In this document: in pieces, positions 8,206-13,714 of the stretch
Layout of the letters: each line of letters starts with the position of its first letter
Position numbering within the stretch: position 1 is the stretch's first letter
Source of the DNA: Marine Group I thaumarchaeote
Lineage (GTDB): Archaea > Thermoproteota > Nitrososphaeria > Nitrososphaerales > Nitrosopumilaceae
Direction: 5' to 3'
NCBI GenBank assembly: GCA_044358425.1
Contig: CP054849.1
Coordinates: 293,101-306,814, forward strand
DNA length: 13,714 nt
Made by a program: the position numbers and the translations under genes
Notes under the pieces: model-generated
What the model saw: only the letters and a program-made list of their open reading frames with translations
The model's database searches: none
Told to the model about the DNA's origin: nothing

Positions 8206-8772
8206 TTGTATCGGGCACAACCCACTTCTAGAAAGTATGAAGAATACGCATATGTTTTAGATTTTAATCCTAGAGGTAAATCTACAACTGTTCGCGGTAG
8301 GGAGGGAATAATTATCACGGCCATTGGCGAAGACCGTTTAACACTTTTAGAAGTATTAGGTATTCAAAATTCTACTTTTGAAGTTGGAGAAAAAATTTAC
8401 ATCGGTAAGGATGGTAGAACAAAAATTTCATCTGTATTGGGTAAAATGGATTATGAAAAAATTTCAAGTTCTGCTCAAAGTGAATTATCTAACGTAATAG
8501 AAAAAATTGTAACTGAAAATGAAGTTAAATTTGTAAAATATCTTAATAATGCACAACCATTGACTCCAAGAATTCATGCACTAGAATTAATTCCAGGAAT
8601 TGGGAAAACATACATGAAAACAATGTTAGAAGAAAGAGAAAAACAAAAATTTGAAAGTTATTTAGATTTACAGGATAGAGTTGGATTTAAAGATCCGATT
8701 AAACATATTTCTGAACGGATAATGGATGAAATTTCTGGTGAAAGTAGAATGAATCTCTTTGTTAAGAGATGA
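8206..8772 (+). CDS. DUF655 family putative RNA-binding protein
   Basis: EEYAYVLDF, AIGE..LTLLE, NNAQPLTPRIHALELIPGIGK (HhH) and FESY.DL..RV motifs; TTG start; synteny. Confidence 0.9.
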   Translation: MYRAQPTSRKYEEYAYVLDFNPRGKSTTVRGREGIIITAIGEDRLTLLEVLGIQNSTFEVGEKIYIGKDGRTKISSVLGKMDYEKISSSAQSELSNVIEKIVTENEVKFVKYLNNAQPLTPRIHALELIPGIGKTYMKTMLEEREKQKFESYLDLQDRVGFKDPIKHISERIMDEISGESRMNLFVKR

Positions 8773-9473
8773 TAAAACGTAAATTATTGGGACAACACTT
8801 TCTTAATTCAAAATCTATTGCAGAATTCATTGTAAAAGAAGCTGAAATTTCTAAAAGTGATGTAGTTTTTGAAATTGGAACAGGCCCTGGAATTTTAATT
8901 CCTCTGCTGTGTGAAAATGCTCAAAAAGTCATATCTATTGATGCTGATGAAAAATTAATTAAAAAAGCAAGATTAAATTTTTCTCAATTTGATAATCTTA
9001 TACTCAAATCTGGTGATGGATTTAAGCAAAAAGATGCTTTCTCAATTTTTGTTTCTAATTTACCCTACTCAAAAAGTAAAGATGCAATTGAATGGTTGGC
9101 ACAAAATTATTTTTCACATGGGGTAATTATGGTTCAAAAAGAATTTGCAGAAAAATTACTTGCAACAACAAAAAATCGTAGGGCTGTTAGTATTATTGCA
9201 ACATACACACTAGATATTAAAAAAATTTCTGTAGTTGGAAAGAATAATTTTTCTCCACCACCTAAGGTTGATTCTGTAATCCTGAAAATATCGAAAAAAA
9301 CTACTTTAGATAAAAAATTAATTTCTTTAATCAATGATTTATTTTCTTATAGGAGAAAAACTGTAAAAAATATTCTAAAACAATTCAATAAACAAAGTAC
9401 AATAGAGAAACGTATTGATGATCTTTCAGGAGATGAAATAGTTAATCTTGCCAAACAAATTCTTAAAAAATGA
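8769..9473 (+). CDS. rsmA: 16S rRNA m6,2A dimethyltransferase KsgA/RsmA
   Basis: LGQHFL, EIGTGPGIL, VSNLPYS, MVQKEFAEKL, FSPPPKVDS and FSYRRKT motifs; ATGA overlap with the DUF655 stop. Confidence 0.95.
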   Translation: MIKRKLLGQHFLNSKSIAEFIVKEAEISKSDVVFEIGTGPGILIPLLCENAQKVISIDADEKLIKKARLNFSQFDNLILKSGDGFKQKDAFSIFVSNLPYSKSKDAIEWLAQNYFSHGVIMVQKEFAEKLLATTKNRRAVSIIATYTLDIKKISVVGKNNFSPPPKVDSVILKISKKTTLDKKLISLINDLFSYRRKTVKNILKQFNKQSTIEKRIDDLSGDEIVNLAKQILKK

Positions 9474-9984
9474 TGAATATCCTCCCTCTGAGGATACCTT
9501 TTTTGTTGCTAATAATATTGAAAATGAAAAAGGTGCATGTGCTTTAGATATTGGAAGTGGCTCTGGATATTTAACAAAATTACTTTGTAAAAATTTTTCA
9601 TTTGTGATTGGAACTGATATTAATTATAAAGTACTACAAAATCAAAGTTCTTACAAAACAGATAATTTGATTTGTTGTAATAGTTCTGATGCCTTAAAAA
9701 TAAAATTTGATCTTATTGTTTGTAATTTACCTTATCTGGCCACAGATGAAATTTTAGATATTGCCACTGATGGTGGTTCAGAAGGATTTGAAATTCCTAA
9801 AAAAATATTTGATTCTGCCATACCTAATCTTAAACAAAATGGAAAATTTATTTTTGTAACTTCTTCATTATCTAATTATTCAAAATTAATAGACTATAGT
9901 AAAAAATTAGGCTTAACCACAAAAATTATTGCTCAAAAGAAACTTTTTTTTGAAGAATTAATTCTTGTAGAGGCAAGAAATTAA
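9448..9984 (+). CDS. HemK2/Mtq2-like SAM-dependent methyltransferase (probable release-factor glutamine methyltransferase)
   Basis: YPPSEDTFF, LDIGSGSG, GTDIN, CNLPYL (NPPY-like), DGGSEG and LFFEEL motifs; follows ksgA as in many archaea; the TTG start overlaps rsmA. Confidence 0.8.
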   Translation: MPNKFLKNDEYPPSEDTFFVANNIENEKGACALDIGSGSGYLTKLLCKNFSFVIGTDINYKVLQNQSSYKTDNLICCNSSDALKIKFDLIVCNLPYLATDEILDIATDGGSEGFEIPKKIFDSAIPNLKQNGKFIFVTSSLSNYSKLIDYSKKLGLTTKIIAQKKLFFEELILVEARN

Positions 9985-10134
9985 CTCCTCTTTCGATATT
10001 TGTAAAATATTGGTTATTTGATAAAATTCTATTCAAAAATAATTTTTAAAATAAACATTTGATCAACTTTTTCAAATCATATTTTTATTCAATTAACTTC
10101 TATTGATTTTTGATAGCAATCGAATAATTCCAAA

Positions 10135-10193
10135 CATTACATGTTAGGGTGTTAGAATATGTAATGGAGTTACCCGTCGGTAACCATGTGGTT
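10135..10193. other. Cluster of short inverted repeats between convergent genes
   Basis: CATTACAT (10135-10142)/ATGTAATG (10159-10166); GTTACC-cgtc-GGTAAC (10169-10184); AACC-atgt-GGTT (10182-10193). Function unknown. Confidence 0.45.
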
Positions 10194-10204
10194 TTGATTA
10201 CTAT

Positions 10205-11236
10205 CTATTTTCTTAAATTATTTTTTGCATATGCAATAATTGCGTCTGTCATTTGAGTTGTAGTTGCATTTCCACCAATATCCCATGTAACTGTTTTACC
10301 TTCGTTAATTACTTGTTCAGTTGCGGAAAATATTGCATCTCTTACTTCTCTTTCACCTAAATAATCTGCCATCCATGCACCTGACAATACTGTAGCTGTT
10401 GGATTTACTTTATTTTGCCCTGCAAATTGGGGTGCACTTCCATGTGCAGCTTCAAACATTGCATAATTATTTCCAATGTTGGCTGAATAAATCAATCCAA
10501 TAGAACCTACTAATGCTGATGCAAGTTCTGAAATAATATCCATAAATAAATTGGTACTAACTAAAACTGAACCATTAAACTGTTCAGTTGCAATTACCAT
10601 TTGCTGTGCCATGTTGTCTATGTATATTTCAGATAATTCAATTCCTGTACCTTCTACTGCTTTTTGGGTTTCATCCCAAAATATTCCGTCAGTTTGTTTT
10701 AAGATATTTCTTTTTGTAATTGCTACCATTTTTTTCATTTCAAATTTATTTGCCCAATCCACTGCAGATTCAATTAATCTTCTGCTCCCTTGTCTGGTGA
10801 TTTTTCTTATTGCAATTGCTGCGTCATCTGTAATTTTTGCTTCTACACCTGTATAGAGACCTTCAGTTGCTTCTCTAAAACATACACAATCAAGTTTTCT
10901 ATCTGGTGTTAATCTATCGTAAGTTTTTGTTGGTCTGATGTTTGCATAAAGATCAAATTTTTGCCTTAATGTGACTGCAACACTTCTAGGTGCACCTGGA
11001 ATAGGTATTGTTGTGGTTGGTCCTTTAAAACAACAGTCTGCTTCTTCTAATGTTTTCATTGTTGAATCTGGGATATATGATGCATCTTTTCTACCGTTTT
11101 TTTCCCACTGTTCTGAACCTGCTTCACATAAAATTAATTCTGATTGGAAATTACATTCTTTTAGAACTCTTAACATTGAATCAACTACTTCTGGTCCAAT
11201 TCCATCTCCTTTCATTACAGCAGCTTTTTTACTCAT
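10205..11236 (-). CDS. Isocitrate/isopropylmalate (beta-decarboxylating) dehydrogenase family, probably isocitrate dehydrogenase
   Basis: GDGIGPEV, LRQKFDLYANIRP, FREATEGLY, KRNILKQTDG, NLFMDIISE, FEAAHGSAP and TWDIGG motifs. ATG at 11236 (MSKKAAVMKGDG) is preferred over the track start at 11257 because TTAATTA lies about 25-30 nt upstream. Confidence 0.9.
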   Translation of the reverse strand: MSKKAAVMKGDGIGPEVVDSMLRVLKECNFQSELILCEAGSEQWEKNGRKDASYIPDSTMKTLEEADCCFKGPTTTIPIPGAPRSVAVTLRQKFDLYANIRPTKTYDRLTPDRKLDCVCFREATEGLYTGVEAKITDDAAIAIRKITRQGSRRLIESAVDWANKFEMKKMVAITKRNILKQTDGIFWDETQKAVEGTGIELSEIYIDNMAQQMVIATEQFNGSVLVSTNLFMDIISELASALVGSIGLIYSANIGNNYAMFEAAHGSAPQFAGQNKVNPTATVLSGAWMADYLGEREVRDAIFSATEQVINEGKTVTWDIGGNATTTQMTDAIIAYAKNNLRK

Positions 11237-11299
11237 TATTGCAAGATTTGAAATCACTTCTAATTAATTCTACTACTGTGTAATTTGATAACGAATGAA

Positions 11300-11307
11300 T
11301 TTATTTA
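11300..11307 (+). promoter_or_regulatory. TATA box of tRNA-Ser
   Basis: TTTATTTA 24-31 nt upstream of the tRNA 5' end. Confidence 0.5.
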
Positions 11308-11330
11308 CAGATACATCTAGGTCTAATTAT

Positions 11331-11417
11331 GCGGGGGTCGCCTAGCCTGGTAGGGCGTAGGATTGCTAATCCTATGTTCGCAAGAACTCGTGGGTTCAAA
11401 TCCCTCTCCCCGCGCCA
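11331..11417 (+). tRNA. tRNA-Ser(GCT), intron-less, CCA encoded
   Basis: Acceptor stem GCGGGGG/TCCCCGC, G73 and CCA; D-loop AGCCTGGTA; anticodon arm TAGGA-TTGCTAA-TCCTA; long variable arm GTTC-GCAA-GAAC; T-loop TTCAAAT. Confidence 0.97.
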
Positions 11418-11452
11418 TTAAAACTTAATAGACCGGATAAGTCAGTTTTTTC

Positions 11453-11614
11453 ATGGGACGTAGAAAAAGTCAAAAAATTATTCGCACAGGCCCAAAAAAT
11501 GCTACAACTGGTATGTGCCCTTTATGTCAAACAATTGGAAAAATCTTCCTTTTAGGTTCACCTGGTGAAGAAAGAGCAAAATGTGAAAAATGCCGCCAAG
11601 AATTTGAATTATAG
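11453..11614 (+). CDS. 53-aa zinc-ribbon protein resembling transcription elongation factor Elf1/ELOF1
   Basis: Hand translation: MGRRKSQKIIRTGPKNATTGMCPLCQTIGKIFLLGSPGEERAKCEKCRQEFEL*. CPxC-x18-CxxC with a basic N-tail; TATA-like CTTAATA at 11424-11430. Below the ORF-track cutoff. Confidence 0.75.
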   Translation: MGRRKSQKIIRTGPKNATTGMCPLCQTIGKIFLLGSPGEERAKCEKCRQEFEL

Positions 11615-11663
11615 TTAAAGCTGTCAAATACACCTATTATCTTTAATTTTCTGACTATTCATA

Positions 11664-11783
11664 ATGTTGAAGGTTTACCAAGTTCTCAAGAAATTTGATT
11701 CAAAGAAAGATTATGGATTTGATATTCGTCCACAATATGCAAAATGTCTTGCAGTAATGAAAAAGGGCGAGAAGATTGATTAA
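11664..11783 (+). CDS. Possible 39-aa hypothetical protein
   Basis: MLKVYQVLKKFDSKKDYGFDIRPQYAKCLAVMKKGEKID* fills the gap between two same-strand genes; AT-rich TATA-like sequence at about 11635-11648. No motif recognised. Confidence 0.35.
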   Translation: MLKVYQVLKKFDSKKDYGFDIRPQYAKCLAVMKKGEKID

Positions 11784-11811
11784 CTAGAACGACTCATATG
11801 GTATGTACCTT

Positions 11812-12090
11812 ATGTCAAATGCGCTTATAGAATTATTAAATGAAATTAATAATGAACTGACCAATCAGATTTCTTTGGTCAAAAATGCAGATGCAAAAAT
11901 AGATACGAGAAAACTTTTTCAGCTATCAAAGACTCTAAATGATATCATTCTTACATCTGAGATTACCCCAGAAAACAAGTCAATGCTGCAAAAATTCTCC
12001 CTGACTCTACAGGATAGTTCAACTGCCAAGAGTCTGAGATATGAAAAGCAAGACCTTGAAAGGGTAATTTCCAACCTGAAAGACATCTAA
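11812..12090 (+). CDS. Hypothetical alpha-helical protein (92 aa; alternative start 11803)
   Basis: Open frame with amphipathic Leu/Ile periodicity; no recognised motif. Confidence 0.65.
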   Translation: MSNALIELLNEINNELTNQISLVKNADAKIDTRKLFQLSKTLNDIILTSEITPENKSMLQKFSLTLQDSSTAKSLRYEKQDLERVISNLKDI

Positions 12091-12168
12091 AATATTCTGT
12101 CCTGTTGCTTGATCCGATGTATGCCACTTACAAAAATCACATTTTGTTAGTGTTTTACAATAATCTTT

Positions 12169-12336
12169 CTAGTCGTCTTCCCAACTATTCTCCAAATATT
12201 GGGGTGCTGCATGATCAATCTCTTTCGATTTAATCATAGGGATGAATTTGTGACATCTGGTACACTCGTACATGTCCTTGTATCCTGCCATCTTGACTTT
12301 TGCATCATGAGGACATGTATCTTGGGTTACTGTCAT
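12169..12336 (-). CDS. 55-aa hypothetical metal-finger protein (CPH-x14-CxxC)
   Basis: MTVTQDTCPHDAKVKMAGYKDMYECTRCHKFIPMIKSKEIDHAAPQYLENSWEDD. ATG at 12336 is preferred because an SD-like AGGTGAGG, overlapping the upstream peptide's stop, lies 11 nt before it. Confidence 0.65.
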   Translation of the reverse strand: MTVTQDTCPHDAKVKMAGYKDMYECTRCHKFIPMIKSKEIDHAAPQYLENSWEDD

Positions 12337-12349
12337 GAATGACAAAACC

Positions 12350-12454
12350 TCACCTGTACCGATCCCAGTGACAATCGCAGTTGCACCCATTCTGGCAGTT
12401 CATTCTCTTGCAGTCTGAACATATTTTTTGTCCCCAAGAAATAGCAGCATACAT
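12350..12454 (-). CDS. 34-aa Cys-rich metallothionein-like peptide (CxxC-x4-C-x3-CxCxCH)
   Basis: Hand translation: MYAAISWGQKICSDCKRMNCQNGCNCDCHWDRYR*. Six Cys plus His within 18 residues; in-frame TAG shortly upstream of the ATG; tightly coupled to the next gene. Confidence 0.65.
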   Translation of the reverse strand: MYAAISWGQKICSDCKRMNCQNGCNCDCHWDRYR

Positions 12455-12692
12455 GGTATCATTGGAGCTTTCAGCCTAATTGACCCAACCAACATGAATC
12501 ATTATAGGCAACGTTGGTGTAATGTCAGTAACGTAGTGGTGTGAGTTTGCATATCTGTAAGGAAGGACTGAATTAACTACTCAGCTACGTAAAACTGGGG
12601 ATTCTAAAATTTTGTATCTTAAATACTAGTACGCTATAATTATGTATGTTAAAAAATCTATTATCAAAACAAAACTTTCAATCAACAACTGA

Positions 12693-12884
12693 TTGTCATA
12701 CATGGAGAAACTAAATTTGTATTGTGCAAATTGTGGAAATCAAGCCAGTTGGAGAGATCCTAAATGTAACAAATGTAAAAAATTATTGCACCAAACAAAT
12801 TGCAAGGCAAAGGCATCTGATTGCAAATGTCATGAAATTAATGAACAAGTGTGGATGAAAAAAAAGACTCCTAGTACTGTCTAA
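12693..12884 (+). CDS. Cys-rich small protein: CxxC-x10-CxxC ribbon plus H-x3-C-x6-CxCH (alternative ATG start 12702)
   Basis: YCANCG..WRDPKCNKCKKLLHQTNCKAKASDCKCHE: 7 Cys and 2 His in spacings typical of metal-binding proteins. Confidence 0.75.
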   Translation: MSYMEKLNLYCANCGNQASWRDPKCNKCKKLLHQTNCKAKASDCKCHEINEQVWMKKKTPSTV

Positions 12885-13165
12885 ACTTTATTTTTATTAG
12901 ATTCTTTTTCTAGACATGATTTACATAATTTTTCATTAATCATGCTGTTTTTTGGAATAAATTCATTTTCACAATTTATACATACATTAAGTAACCTTAA
13001 CCCCTTAACTGTACTTTGATTATTTTTGGAATTTGTTTTTAGTTCATTTGGTTTTTCAATTGATTTGGAACCATCACTCATTCCTTTGATCACATCATCT
13101 AATTTGTTAATGTCTTCTGCTGATAGTTGTATCTTGAACTCATTATCTCTAGACATATTATTCAT
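12881..13165 (-). CDS. Hypothetical protein with a C-terminal C4 zinc finger (CxxC-x16-CxxC)
   Basis: CINCENEF...LCKSCLEK. Starts 7 nt after the tfb stop on the same strand; its stop overlaps the convergent gene's stop at 12881-12884. Confidence 0.75.
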   Translation of the reverse strand: MNNMSRDNEFKIQLSAEDINKLDDVIKGMSDGSKSIEKPNELKTNSKNNQSTVKGLRLLNVCINCENEFIPKNSMINEKLCKSCLEKESNKNKV

Positions 13166-13172
13166 TTTCTTC

Positions 13173-13714
13173 TCATTTGAATTTACTTGATATGGAATAC
13201 AAATTCAATTTTATTTTAAATTCATGAAATCTGTGTCTTATTGAGACTGAACTGGTTCCTGCAGCTTCTGCTATTAAAACTTGAGATTTTGACTCCCCTG
13301 TAATCACACATGCTGCATAAATTGCAGTTGCAGCAATGATTTCTGGATTTTTACCAGATACAATTCCTGCATCATGGGCTGCATCTAAGATTTGAATTGC
13401 TTTACGAACTGTTTTTTCAGGTATGTTGATTTTACTTGCAATTTTACTAATTGATTTTATAGGATCAACTACAGACACTGTAAATCGTAATTCTCTAAAC
13501 AGTATACGATATGCCCTTGTCAATTCTTTTCTTTGTGTTACAAATTGTTTTGCAATTTCATTTAGACTTCTGATGCAGTCCAGGTCCCTACATGATGCAT
13601 ATAGGCATGCTGCGGCAATTGATTTTACAGTTCTTCCACGAATAAGGTTTCTTTCTATTGCTTTTCTGTAAAAAAGAGATGCTCTTTCTATTACTGGATC
13701 TGGAAGGCCTAATT
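13173..13714 (-). CDS. tfb: Transcription initiation factor IIB (TFB) paralog, C-terminal cyclin repeats; 5' end outside the window
   Basis: The frame is open to the window edge: LGLPDPVIERASLFYRKAIERNLIRGRTVKSIAAACLYASCR..RSLNEIAK..KELTRAYRILFREL..DPIKSISKIAS..GKNPEIIAATAIYAAC..SQVLIAEAAGTSSVSIRHRFHE. The track ORF 13173..13523 covers only the distal part. Confidence 0.93.
   Translation of the reverse strand, partial: LGLPDPVIERASLFYRKAIERNLIRGRTVKSIAAACLYASCRDLDCIRSLNEIAKQFVTQRKELTRAYRILFRELRFTVSVVDPIKSISKIASKINIPEKTVRKAIQILDAAHDAGIVSGKNPEIIAATAIYAACVITGESKSQVLIAEAAGTSSVSIRHRFHEFKIKLNLYSISSKFK

Noticed and set aside
1704-9334. Antisense track ORFs (1704-1937, 2347-2571, 2978-3172, 3826-4056, 4649-4879, 4750-4980, 5187-5447, 5551-5787, 5920-6324, 7966-8163, 9134-9334)
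   Set aside because: Shadow frames opposite well-supported genes, with no motifs. 5920-6324 is only the Phe-rich mirror of the Lys-rich RadA tail.
10160-10204. Fluoride riboswitch-like sequence (ATGGAGTT...TGATTACT)
   Set aside because: The pseudoknot partner ACTCC is missing, the P1 stem is weak, and no same-strand gene lies downstream.
9985-10204. Replication origin (AT-rich tract plus repeats)
   Set aside because: No recognisable ORB (TTCCA-N-TGGAA with G-string) and no cdc6/orc1 gene nearby.
10551-11283. + strand ORFs 10551-10856, 10971-11267 and 11050-11283
   Set aside because: Antisense to the dehydrogenase gene, with no independent coding features.
12337-12390. N-terminal extension MGATAIVTGIGTGEVLSF of track ORF 12169..12390
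   Set aside because: It overlaps the Cys-rich peptide frame, and the SD-like AGGTGAGG supports the ATG at 12336 instead.
12470-12600. Twister or hammerhead ribozyme
   Set aside because: There is a superficial TAA...GTAAT layout, but the conserved twister GC/AAGC/GAG elements and the hammerhead CTGANGA core are absent.
13423-13671. + strand 82-aa ORF
   Set aside because: Antisense to the clearly recognisable tfb frame.
11331-13714. Intact provirus or integrative element at tRNA-Ser
   Set aside because: No integrase, structural genes or att repeat are visible in the window; kept only as a compositional observation.

Overview
AT-rich archaeal chromosome segment; gene content, gene order and protein sequences point to a Nitrosopumilus-like ammonia-oxidising thaumarchaeon (inference). 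Bases 1-11420 are core housekeeping genes: nop5 (partial, missing from the ORF track, with a repeat-encoded GGRRE tail), pyrD-pyrK, a B12-binding radical SAM enzyme resembling GDGT ring synthases (Grs), rps30e, radA, a bacterial-type rlmN, the rpl21e-rpoF-DUF655-rsmA(ksgA)-hemK cluster, an isocitrate/isopropylmalate dehydrogenase and tRNA-Ser(GCT). Bases 11450-13714 are an accessory-looking block of microproteins, three of them below the ORF-track cutoff: a 53-aa Elf1/ELOF1-like zinc ribbon, a 34-aa metallothionein-like CxCxCH peptide behind a possibly structured leader, and a doubtful 39-aa ORF. The block also holds three more Cys/His metal-finger proteins and ends in a TFB paralog with a divergent BRE-recognition helix. 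The best leads are the Elf1-like protein, the Cys-rich microprotein/TFB cluster, the Grs-like enzyme and a palindromic operator candidate at the radA promoter.
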